From positions 7,688,001 through 7,752,000 of the forward strand of contig NC_043004.1 of NCBI RefSeq assembly GCF_006345805.1: a stretch of 64,000 bases of DNA, read 5' to 3'. Below are positions 14,001 through 23,400 of this stretch, piece after piece. This stretch comes from Octopus sinensis. Lineage: Eukaryota. Each line of letters begins with the position of its first letter. Position 1 is the stretch's first letter. Under the pieces are notes generated by a model. It saw only the letters and a list, made by a program, of their open reading frames with translations. It did not search any database and was not told where the DNA came from. A program made the position numbers and the translations under genes.

Positions 14001-17000
14001 GTTTATTATTATTATTTCAAATCCCCTGTCATTTATTGATTATCCATTACTTTGGAATTTAAACTGTAATTTGAGTTTCCCTTTCTGAGCTGAGAAGACA
14101 AAACCCTCATTCTGTGTGATTCCTTGTTGTTAATCTCTGCTGGTCTTCCTCTCAAATCATAATCAACAGCTTGGAGCCTGGACAGATTGCAAAACTCTAA
14201 ACTCGATGTTTTACAGTATCGTGCCTGGTTCCTGACATTAATGAGTTGATTTATTTTATTCTCAGCAATAGAAGGCTAGTGTAGCCAAGAAGAAATGTCG
14301 TTTGTGAATTATTTTCTGTTTTACATCTGCAAATCAATAATCTAGACCCAATTATTGCCTTGTTTTGATATGTTTGTCTCTGTTAATTTTGGTTGAACAG
14401 ATCCGCAGTTTAACATCTTTCCATTCTTATCAGTTATGTGTTATCTCATCTGAGATTTAACTTATTCTGTCACTGTCTCTATTGATGTCAACTTATTGCC
14501 TGCTGTTATTCTAGGAATCTTTTTTACATTTTTTCTTGATGTCTGCAAGAGAGGCAGAGATTGAGATTGGTCGATTCAAATGGATGACATTTAACTTGCC
14601 AGGTGAAAATCTGCTGTATGCTGACTTGGATGGTGCCTTTGGCAGGTGAAGGTCAGATTTAATGCTGTTTAGTTCCACAGCCAGGATGGTCAAACGTTGT
14701 GTTGTACCTTTCTGCAGATCTGCTCAACTGAGGCTAATAGTTGGGGAAGACAAATATTAAACGACCAGACTCCTAACGATTGCCATCATTGCAGGTCAGC
14801 CTGTTTGTTGTTCCGTTGACCGTTTGCCATGTTAGACCAATGCCTCTGTTGCAACTCAGTCGTTCACAGCTAAGACAACGAGAAAGAAGCTGCCGCTTGT
14901 AAAACGGCAGAAATTTTATATTGATTCATGTGACTGGTATCTATTTTCACATCCTTTGATGTCGGTCAGAATAGTCAAGAGTTCTACAGTTGAATTTTAC
15001 AATATTGGTCTTGTAGTTCAAGTTTTACCTGTTTTCATTCTCTCATTTTCTTTTACATATTCTCTGGGGTCAGTAATATTTGTACCAAATTAACTGAAGG
15101 GAAATAAGTTGAGTGTTTAAGGAGACTGGTTCTTTGATGGAGCAATTTGAATGACTTTTAATATTGAAAGTGTAACGGAAAATTCCGATGACAATGTTTT
15201 TTTTTTTTGTTCCAATCAATAAAATGGAAATATTGGGTGTAGTGCTGAGACTGATGATGATAGAATAATCCATCAAGCCAAGTGGAATCATAGTTGTGAC
15301 AAGATTCTGGTGTCATACCAGTGGCACGTAAAAGGACCCATTGCACCCACAGAGTGGTTGGCATTAGGAAGGGCATCCAGCTGTAGAAACCCTAACAAAT
15401 CAGACTGGAGTCTGGTGCAGCTCCTCAGCTTACCAGCCCTGGTCAAACCGTCCAACCCATGCCCGTATGGAAAGCAGATGCTAAATGATGATGGTGTCCA
15501 ACCCATGCCAGCACGGGACATGGATGGATATTAAATGATGATGATAATGAGGGTGTCCGACTCATGCCAGCATGGAATGTGGGTGTGAAATGACGATGGT
15601 GGTGGTGATATTTAAATCAGTTCATTTCCAACATATCGTCATTCCTGTGGGATCGGGAGTTGTGGCAATTTGCTGTAATTGAGACGACGCATCAAGCTAA
15701 GTAAAATCCCTGTCTTCTATACACACAGGCTTGTCCTTTACAGGTTCCTGTGCGACGTAAAATGCACTCTGCACTGGTGCTGTGTAAACACACCTGTGTC
15801 TATGGCCGTAAAAAAACACCCGGCACACTCTGTAGAGTGGTTGGCGTTAGGAAGGGCTTCCAGCCATAGAAACCCTGCCACATCAGACAATTGGAGTGTG
15901 GACAGGCTCTCTGGCTGGCTAGCTCCTGTCAAACTGTCCAACCCATGCCAGCATAGCAAGCGGACTTTAAATGATGGGCACGATGATAGAATGTGTGTGT
16001 AACTTCAAAAAAGCTGATCAATGGAAATTGAACGAAGGAACAATTTGAACAAAATTTTGAATTACATAAGAACAACACACCAAACACCAACAGGCTTATC
16101 CAGCCCATAAAAGCAATATCAGTAAATTACTGGTATTTATGTAGTTATAATAATAAAGGTTTCAAATTTAGGTTCAGGACTTGCAGTTTCGGGAAATGGG
16201 GTCAATGTAATTGACCCCTCAACTGATACTTATTTTATCAACCCCAAAAGGATGAAAGGCAAAGTTGACCACAGCAGAATTTGAACTCAGAACATGTCTG
16301 CACACTGCCTTAATAATATTAATTTTTTTTTTTTTTTCAGACTTAAAAATATTGGATGCTTTCAAAGAAATGGGACCTTCTGCTATTGACCTAGAAATTC
16401 GTGGATTTGGTGTGGAAGATGGTGGTTCAGAGATTCTCATGTACCAGTTTCTCAAGTTTATAGAATATCTTTTAGGCTCCAGAAAGAATTATGAACTTGC
16501 ACAGTCTTATTTGGGGTTGTTTCTACAGGTAATCCAGTTAATGCTTCTGTTTTCATTGAAGAAAAGAATAATTTATGTTAATCTTATTATGATCTAGAAA
16601 AGATTATAGGAAATATTATCATCTATCATCTTTTAGCTGTTTCAGTCATTAGACTACGGCCATGCTGGGGCATCGGCTTGAAGAATTTTTAGTTGAAGGA
16701 ATTGACCCCAGCACTTTTTATTTTAAGCCCGACACTCATTCTATCAGTTTCTTTTGCAGACTTATACAAGGGCTGATTAAAAAAACCCAACTAATTCTGC
16801 TTCTGTTGCACAGAATGAAATTTCATTCCTATATATAAATCCAAAAAAATGGAACAAGAATGCAACAGATGACAATAAAACATCTGGACAGATATGTAAA
16901 GACGGACAGGAAAAAAAAAGGATGGGTCATTTACAGCCTTCTCTCCTCATTCAAGTTTCCAGATTATCCTTACAGTTTCAGCCAGTTACACTTGAGGCTG

Positions 17001-18118
17001 TTCATATCTGGCTGGCCCCCAAAATCTTATCACTGTTTTGCTATGTTAGTATCAGCTAATTTTGTCTGTCTGTGTGTCCAGTTTGACATAAGTTGTTAAA
17101 TGACAAATGCCAACACAAAAAGAAAAAACTGAAGATTTTCATGGAAATTTATACACACCCACCCAGATGCAGTAAATTGTCACCTGTTTGTGATTATGTG
17201 TATATGTGGCCATGTAAGGTGGCGAGCTGGCAGAAATGTTAGCACGTCGGGTGAAATGCGTAGCCGTATTTCGTCTGCCGTTACGTTCTGAGTTCAAATT
17301 CCGCCAAGGTCGACTTCGCCTTTCATCCTTTCGGGGTCGATTAAATAAGTACTAGTTGTTACGCACTGGGGGTCGATGTAATCAACTTAATCTGTTTGTC
17401 TGTTTGTGTTTAACCCCTTGTGGGTAGTAAAGAAATATATATATGGCCGTGTGGTAAGAAGCTTGCTTCCCAACCACATGGTTCCAGGTTCAGTCCCACT
17501 ACATGGCATCTTGGGCAAATGTCGTCTACTATTGCCTCTGGCTTACCAAAGCCTTGTGAGTGGATTTGGGAGACGGAAACTGAAAGAAGCCTGTCGTATA
17601 TATTTGTGTGTGTTTGTCCCCCTACTTGACAATTGGTGTTGGTTTGTTTATGTCCCCCATAAGTTCAGCAAAAGATTTTGATAGAATAAGTACTAGGCTT
17701 TAAAATATAATGACTGGAATAGTAGAAGACACTTGCCCAAGGTGCCACGAAGTGGGACTGAACCCAGAGCCATGTGGTTGGTAAGCAAGCTACTTACCAC
17801 TCAGCCACTCCTTACTCTTGTCTTGGGGATCATTTCTCATAATTGTTTTTCAGTTTAGTTGTATCCAAGTTTCTAGCAATTGTTTTTTTGTGTTGGAACT
17901 AATATAATTTAGATGTTTCCGAAGCATGATTATCTGTAAGATTTCTTCGTTCTTTCTTTGCATTCCAGATTCACTTCACCGAAATTGGAACAAATGCTAA
18001 ACTTTGTGAACTCATAAAACAGCTTCACCAGCAACACGTACAGGTTTGGCATGAATTACAAAGACAATTTGCACAAACGAATTGCTTAATTGACTATTTG
18101 CGTGCTGCTAATTACTAG
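1..18118 (+). CDS. WDR36: WD repeat-containing protein 36 / UTP21, 3' part. Exons 1-13, 2637-2802, 4687-4795, 5730-5809, 6321-6529, 7964-8115, 10005-10118, 13873-13957, 16341-16528, 17969-18118 (stop TAG); 5' exons lie upstream of the window
   Basis: All introns are GT-AG and the phases chain without a break (1266 nt, 422 codons). The translation has hallmark WDR36/Utp21 motifs: FSPDARWLITSSMDSLVRTWDLPSG, FLATSHIDDIGIYLWSN, LVTLSLMPNSRWKNLLNLDVI, NKPKQPPKKPKAAPFFLPT, EMGPSAIDLEIR, YELAQSYLGLFL. Confidence 0.95.
298..660 (+). mobile_element. tRNA-derived SINE, family 1. Other copies or fragments at about 7000-7260, 17443-17700, 17725-17815(-), 24475-24700, 26755-26930(-), 27420-27575(-), 30460-30820(-), 34290-34520(-), 36020-36260, 49985-50260(-)
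   Basis: A box TGGCTGTGTGG, B box GTTCAGTCC, CCTTGGGCAAG central motif, internal (TG)/(TA) microsatellite, tail ending GACTGAAACAA. Confidence 0.75.
1036..1880 (-). mobile_element. RTE-type LINE 3' fragment
   Basis: Same 3' UTR and (GAT) tail at 1036; the minus strand upstream translates to CVRTAMLHGSETWAV-like remnants. Confidence 0.8.
2637..2802 (+). CDS. WDR36: WDR36 exon (HVCAVHGIAVDANNQ...LLHRE)
   Basis: tgtgtag acceptor, AG|GTAAAT donor, WD40 signature TAGADGTLKFWKF. Confidence 0.93.
4325..4648 (+). mobile_element. 5'-truncated RTE 3' UTR copy
   Basis: Tandem subunits + conserved core + (GAT)n; boundaries approximate. Confidence 0.7.
4687..4795 (+). CDS. WDR36: WDR36 exon (SLLAVSLNNLSVSIVDLQTKNVIRVFSDHQHQITDM)
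   Basis: Not in the ORF track. Found by reading: gacag acceptor, ATG|GTGAG donor, phase 2 to 0, matches the WDR36 'VLDIETRKIVREFSGH..INDM' segment. Confidence 0.9.
5023..5060. repeat. (ATT)n microsatellite abutting the mariner MITE
   Basis: Direct reading. Confidence 0.9.
5061..5517 (+). mobile_element. Internally deleted mariner element (457 bp) with 62-bp perfect TIRs
   Basis: TA flanks (5059-60, 5518-19); TIR starts CGAGGGTGAGTCAAAAAGTAATG; interior encodes a transposase C-terminus (YHLFGPMKEGLRGKHYSSDEEVK...NGDYVQK). Confidence 0.92.
5730..5809 (+). CDS. WDR36: WDR36 exon (TFSPDARWLITSSMDSLVRTWDLPSG)
   Basis: ttgcag acceptor, GTAAGT donor, conserved motif. Confidence 0.95.
6321..6529 (+). 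CDS. WDR36: WDR36 exon (LIDCFEVD...TGYAAE)
   Basis: ttaag acceptor, G|GTATTG donor, conserved SMSPTGIFLATSH. Confidence 0.95.
7346..7722 (-). mobile_element. 5'-truncated RTE 3' UTR copy
   Basis: Same family; source of the LQLDALPNANHS pseudo-ORFs. Confidence 0.7.
7964..8115 (+). CDS. WDR36: WDR36 exon (SSLPEDEEEE...LNLDVIR)
   Basis: Poly-T + tag acceptor, GTAAGT donor, Utp21 C-terminal domain motif. Confidence 0.95.
8494..8714. mobile_element. piggyBac-type MITE (221 bp)
   Basis: TTAA on both sides; perfect 13-bp TIR CCCTTTCGTTACC / GGTAACGAAAGGG. Confidence 0.9.
8980..9025 (+). ncRNA. Degenerate hammerhead ribozyme motif
   Basis: GACAC-CTGATGA-A-GGCTG-loop-CAGTT-GAAAT-GTT-GTGTT. It differs from the inferred consensus mainly by C-to-T changes at or next to CpGs. 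Confidence 0.4.
10005..10118 (+). CDS. WDR36: WDR36 exon (LRNKPKQPPKKPKAAPFFLPT...RDEE)
   Basis: Poly-T + cag acceptor, GTAAGT donor, 38 codons. Confidence 0.95.
10507..11787 (-). mobile_element. Full-length, frameshifted mariner (1281 bp), Hsmar1/cecropia-like
   Basis: TA flanks; TIRs TTAG(G/A)TTGTCAAGAAAGTTCT; ORF 11609-11148 has QWWFKKF and KWVPHEL; later frames give KPKLHQKKVMV and ISKLVSRWQKCV; several frameshifts. Confidence 0.93.
12790..13728 (+). mobile_element. RTE-type LINE 3' fragment: decayed RT C-terminus plus 3' UTR with tandem subunits
   Basis: Remnants of HGSEA(R)A, ..LWMC, WYGHV, PRKTWDEVV run collinearly into the abundant 'ggcgttaggaagggcatccagctgtagaaac' repeat, which ends in a GAT tail. 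Confidence 0.8.
13873..13957 (+). CDS. WDR36: WDR36 exon (TTSRISVGLKTHLSETGKLLQNANNEDD)
   Basis: gtgtag acceptor, T|GTAAGT donor; phases fit both neighbours. Confidence 0.85.
16341..16528 (+). CDS. WDR36: WDR36 exon (LKILDAFKEMGPSAID...LGLFLQ)
   Basis: Poly-T + cag acceptor, CAG|GTAATC donor, conserved motifs. Confidence 0.95.
17969..18118 (+). CDS. WDR36: WDR36 last coding exon (IHFTEIG...LIDYLRAANY*)
   Basis: ttccag acceptor, 50 codons ending TAG; resembles the WDR36 C-terminal helix (..F.Q..C...YL). Confidence 0.9.
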   Translation: MHFTEIGTNAKLCELIKQLHQQHVQVWHELQRQFAQTNCLIDYLRAANY

Positions 18119-18141
18119 CAGCTGTTTAAACCTCTCAACAG

Positions 18142-18147
18142 AATAAA
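18142..18147 (+). terminator. Candidate WDR36 polyadenylation signal AATAAA
   Basis: First AATAAA after the stop codon, followed by T-rich sequence. Confidence 0.5.
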
Positions 18148-18635
18148 TATGTTTATATTTTATAATTTTATATGTGAAAAATGTTTATTGATCTTGTGCA
18201 GATGTGTAGCTGGAATGGAGCAACTGATAAATTATATGAATATTTGGATTTGTAAAAACCTGCAAAGCATGGGAAAATCATCACGTATATTGTTTGGATT
18301 TCTTTACTGGCCTGAGTTGAGAGAAAGTCACGTCCATCGTTCTTCCTCTTGGTGTTTTGTCATCTTTTCAGTACAACTCTAACAGACTGAAATATCCTTT
18401 CAGTTCTTGCATTGTGTACTCTTCCTTTCCCAGAAATCCTCTTCACAAACATCACATGGCACTTTTGTTGTTGCTCAACTCTTTCTCATCCTTTGTCCAT
18501 AGCAGATGAGAGACCTTCAGCTGGTTTACTCTTCACGACCAATTACTTTGTCAGCACACTTGTGCTCCACTTCTCACATAAATTAATATTATGCATGCAA
18601 AAGATCATGTCTCACTACCATGTAGCATCATCTTC

Positions 18636-19135
18636 TACATCATCATCATTTAATGTCCGTTGTCCATGGGTTGGACGGTTTGACCAGGGCTGGGAAGCTA
18701 GAAGGCTGCACTAGACTCCATTTTGATTTGGCATGATTTCTACAGCTGGATGCCTTTCCTAATGCCAACCACTCCAAGAGTGTAATGGGTGCTTTTATGT
18801 GCCATTTGTGTGACACCAGTATCTGCTACAACTGCAATTTTGCTCGGCTCTATGGGTCTTTTTCTCAAGCACAACATAATGCCAAAGGTCTTGGTTATTG
18901 CCTCTATGGGGCCCAACACTCTAAAGGAACTCGACCCCTTTGCCTCCCTGAAGCCCAACGCTCAAAAGGTGCTTTTTATGTGCTACTCACATGGCACCAG
19001 CATCAACCATTGACTATGATTTCACTTGGCTTGGCGGGTCTTCCTCTCAAGCACACCATATCGTCAAAGGTCTCAGTCTCTAGTCTTTGCCTCTATGAAG
19101 CCCATATCTTACTGGGTCTACCTTTACAACAGGTT
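18636..19135 (-). mobile_element. RTE 3' fragment between the two convergent gene ends
   Basis: (CAT)n tail, core and upstream portion; boundaries approximate. Confidence 0.7.
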
Positions 19136-19994
19136 TCCTCCAGTTATACACACAAACAGTACTATTAAGCTTGACTTGGCCTGCACCAAAAATGGGCAAG
19201 ACATACCTATGTTATCTACCTACTTGCATAGCTACACACACACACACACCATCATCTTGAATAGATAGGACAAAATTTTGTTGAGGCAGAATTCTATGGC
19301 TGGATGCTCTTCCTGTCACCGACCTTCATGTTTCCAAACAAGGTGACATTTCCTCATTCTTCCTAGTCTATATTTCACCTTTTCAAGAGAAACCCTTTGT
19401 TGTCAACACCCTAAACATTTTCTCAAACTACCTGCTACATTTTTGCTATGTCTTGTGTTTGTTAAATTGTCTCATTAACAGAAACTGTCTCGTGGACTTT
19501 GTTTCATTGTGCTCTTCCAAAGTCTTTGTTGTGTGTGTGTAACCATTTGTGTATTTTACTGAGTGTTTACACACTGATATAAGGCACGATGCTGTGAAAT
19601 TGTATATATATATATCTATCAGAGGCAAACAACATTGTTGTAGTGACTCACAAGAACAACAGATGCATTTCCTCTTTCATGGCCTTTGTCAAGGCCGTGT
19701 GTCTGATTGTCATCTGCTTAAGCAAAATTCAGACCAATGGTTAAAAAAAAATAAAAACACTTACTGCTATTGTGGAAGTTTTCCAGAGTGTAGAAAAACT
19801 CAATGTCTGCAAACGAAACAAATTAAAACGGCCACCTGTGTGTCATGCTAAACACATACACTTCATTAGAGGACATGATGCTGAGGAATAAGATCTCTTC
19901 ATAGACTTGTTGAAAACACAATATATATATCAGAACTCCAAATAAGATGAGAAATAAAATTAAGTTTTGTAAAAACATTTAACAAATGATAATT

Positions 19995-20000
19995 TTTATT
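19995..20000 (-). terminator. Candidate CPLANE1 polyadenylation signal AATAAA
   Basis: TTTATT on + about 220 nt past the stop codon. Confidence 0.45.
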
Positions 20001-20219
20001 ACAAAAGTTGATATAACTAAAATGAAGCTTTTTTTTTTTTAAGAATATATTTACAGTTTAGTCACTTTGTAAGTTGATTCTATGAGTCACTTTGTAACAT
20101 GAGAATTTACCAAAAAATCTGTGTACTAAGCAATATTTTTTGAGGAAATATCAACAAAGACTGTTTTAAAAATGGATTCTATCTTTTGATATTCTCTTTT
20201 CGGTAAGCGAGAATCCTTC

Positions 20220-20402
20220 TTAAGAGTTGATTTGTTCTGTAAGTCCTTTCTCCACTGCTGTCCAGTCAATATGACTTGACAAAGAACAGGAACTCAAAGA
20301 AGCCACCACATCTATAGGATCCAGTTGTGGGGTGGAAATCACTTCATCGTAATAGTCAGATGCTGAGTTGGAACCTTCATCTGGGAATTCTTGCTCCGAA
20401 GT
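20220..20402 (-). CDS. CPLANE1: CPLANE1 terminal exon (TSEQEF...SSHIDWTAVEKGLTEQINS*)
   Basis: Not in the ORF track. ttttag acceptor, 61 codons to TAA, DW.A.E terminal motif. Confidence 0.85.
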   Translation of the reverse strand, partial: TSEQEFPDEGSNSASDYYDEVISTPQLDPIDVVASLSSCSLSSHIDWTAVEKGLTEQINS

Positions 20403-23400
20403 CTAAAATGAGATAACATTGAATTCATCTGTTTAGAAAAGCTTGCAGCTAGAGATTAATTTCAAAGAGACAAAGTTCTTGCAATTTAGATTCAACATAT
20501 AGAAGACTGAATTCTGCCATAAATATACAACTGAGCTTTGTTTCACAATTCTATATTTAAGAGATGAGGAATTATATACATTATTTACTTTATTTACATT
20601 TGACGGATAGTTGTCTTCATCTTGTTTGTTGTTAACACAACGTTTCTGCTGATAGACCCTCCAGCCTTCATCAGGTGTTCAGGGGGAAATTTCAAACCTC
20701 GGTTCTCATTCCTAAGGTATTTTTCAATATTATTATTCAGGTCAATGCCTGGAATTGAACTTGGAATCTTGGGGTTAGTAGCCCGCGCTCTTAACCACTA
20801 AGCCACATGCCTGTGGGCATATTTCCCCAAGACACTTGAAGGCTGGAGGGTATATCAGCCAAAACATGTTAACAACAAACAAGATGAAGACAAATATCTG
20901 TCAAATGTAAATGGTGAGCTTTGTTTTACACATTAACAAGTCCTGTAAATCTGTTGTGTTGTATGGCCAACACTGGAGATCTTTCAGCGATTCGCAATTG
21001 GAATACACTGGAAATGTCTCTTATTGCTATTTTCAGTCCCACAAACTAATCAAACGTTTTTTTTTTAATATCAATTTATCTGAAAATATTACTGGTGACC
21101 AACTTGTCTCCTATTTAGCTAAAAATATTTATTTCTAATTTGTTTCTTCAAAACTTCAGAGATGGCATTTTACAAATTAGGAATATTTCCATTTACTAAT
21201 TTTGATAGGATAAACTTATCAAGCCTAGAAAATTCCTTGCATCAATTTTACTCTAGTTTTTGTAGTTATAAAGTGATAGGTAAAATTTCTAGATGCAGTG
21301 CTTGCTTATAGCAGACAAATATTCGTCAAGAAGTTAACACAGCAGCAGGGCAGTGGGTGGCTGGTTAATTTTAGAAAGATGCGATTCTAGCAGTGACTCA
21401 TCCAACCGTTATAATTGTTGTAATATGGTGACAGTATAAGAACTCCTGACGGTTTGTTCTCCTATCAATTTTGTTATGATTTCATTATTGTCCACAAGGG
21501 GCTAAACACAGAAAGGACAACACACACATGTGGGGACAATAAACACATGAAAAAATGAGATAATGAAATTATACAATGACAACGGGACGGCCACCCCGGC
21601 CCTGCTCTGGGGTGGTTATGTTATTTCACTTATTTCAAAAACGTCATTCACAGTTCTTTCAAATTAAATTGCTACTTACCACTTTCTATGGTTTTTAATC
21701 TCTTCAAAGTTCACCACTGGAGTGCCTGGTTTGAAATCCACCTCGGGGCCCCAGTGGGTTTATGTCAGAGGGGAAAGCCTCCTTTAATATTTTATACTTG
21801 TCATTTAAGATCTCCATAGATGAACTGAGGAAATGCAGCATTAACCCTTTGAGCCCTGACTCCTGAACCCTTTTTTGACCATATACCTGGCTTTCAGATG
21901 CACTCCACCAGTAGGGTGGTGCTATGGTATAGTGAAAAATAAGCCACACACCAGTAAACCTGTGTTACAGGTTCAAAGGGTTAAATGTCCCATTTGAGAA
22001 CATCAGCATCAGATTTGGACTCACCATCAGCCAGTGGTACCTCTATGAAATAATAAACCAAACTTTTTTTTTGTTCACCAGTGAAATATAAATTGAGAGA
22101 AAAAAATATTTGAGTTGTTACAGAATTGCAAGTGAAGTGAAGAATCCCTGAATTGGTAGCTTTATAGGTGATTTGAATCAGTTTCAGATATTTTGTTAGT
22201 TTTCCAGGCAAAATATCTTTACTCTACACTGCCTCATTTCACCTTTCGGTAATAATACGACCATCACTCAGATTTGAGGGTGACTTAGTAGTGTGTCCCA
22301 AGGTTTTGCTAATTTTTCCATGTAGGTATCTAGTCTGGGGTGCTCTCTGCCTTGATCTGGCTGAACATCTAAGACACAACAGCTAGAGGGAGAGAGCGGC
22401 TGCTTCAGAAATTTCAGGTGAGTTTGTAGATACAGCAGGAAAAGAACTTTCCTCAAGGATCCAAAAAACCAGTTCCAACCAGAAACTGAACCGACACCTT
22501 TATGGTTGTGAGACCAATGAAAGAATTGGTAACCTACTGATGAAATAATTCCTTTTCTACTTTTATTTGGTCCAATTATAAACATTTTTCTAAGTAGCAA
22601 AAACAAGAAAACCCATGTAAACCACGAGATATACTTTATAACCATCCCTAGAGTTACTGCGATGGTAGCAGATATTCCATCACTGGTTTGCCTACCTTAG
22701 AATTTGTACAAAAGGTAAATTGTTGAAATCTAAGCCAATAACAAAATCAGTCTTAAAGAAAATCAGGCTCCATTAATTGAACTGAAAATACACCACTGTG
22801 ATATTTAAGGGTCTGCTAACAGTTGTCTGGGTATACATGGTTACATTATGCTACCTGCTTCGCAATTACATAAAACTCTGTGTTTGATGTGTATTCAAAA
22901 ATAAATTATAAATATTTAATAATTTTTTCTCTTTTTCTATTAGGTTGGCAACTTAAGTTCCTGCTGTTTTTTTAAATTTTGGAACTTTTTTTTTCTAGTT
23001 AATTTTAGTTTATTCTCAGATCATTAAAATGGAATGTCAAGTTAAGAAAAAAGAGCATTTTCAACACCTCCTTGTTTTTGCTTTTAATCAAGGCTCTTAG
23101 GCCACAAAAGCTGCTTGCGACATTTGTGCTGTGTATGGAGAGGGTGCCATAGCTGAAAGAACCACCCTGATTGGTATGCCAAGTTCAAAAATGGAAATTT
23201 TAACCTCAAAGATGCACATCGTTCTAGCTGTCAAGTTGAGTTCGATGAAGAGCGATTAAACCAACTTTTGCACGAAAATTCTTGTCAAACGACAAGGGAA
23301 CTGGCAGAGAAAATGGAATGCTCCCACACTGCTATAGTGAAGCATCTTCACTTGATGGGAAAGGTTCAGATGTATGGAGGCATGGGTTCCGCATGCTTTA

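Noticed and set aside
2803-17968. Intronic snoRNAs, often hosted by ribosome-biogenesis genes
   Set aside because: The TGATGA motifs I checked belong to (GAT)n tails or MITEs, and I saw no C/D pair with a terminal stem. A snoscan/Infernal run would be needed to exclude them properly.
20745-20811. tRNA-like sequence as a real tRNA gene
   Set aside because: The acceptor and anticodon stems are imperfect and it is fused to a repeat body; it is a SINE head.
22326-22417. Plus-strand AG...GTGAGT exon-like segment
   Set aside because: There are stops in all three frames, it lies beyond the WDR36 stop, and it is antisense to CPLANE1.
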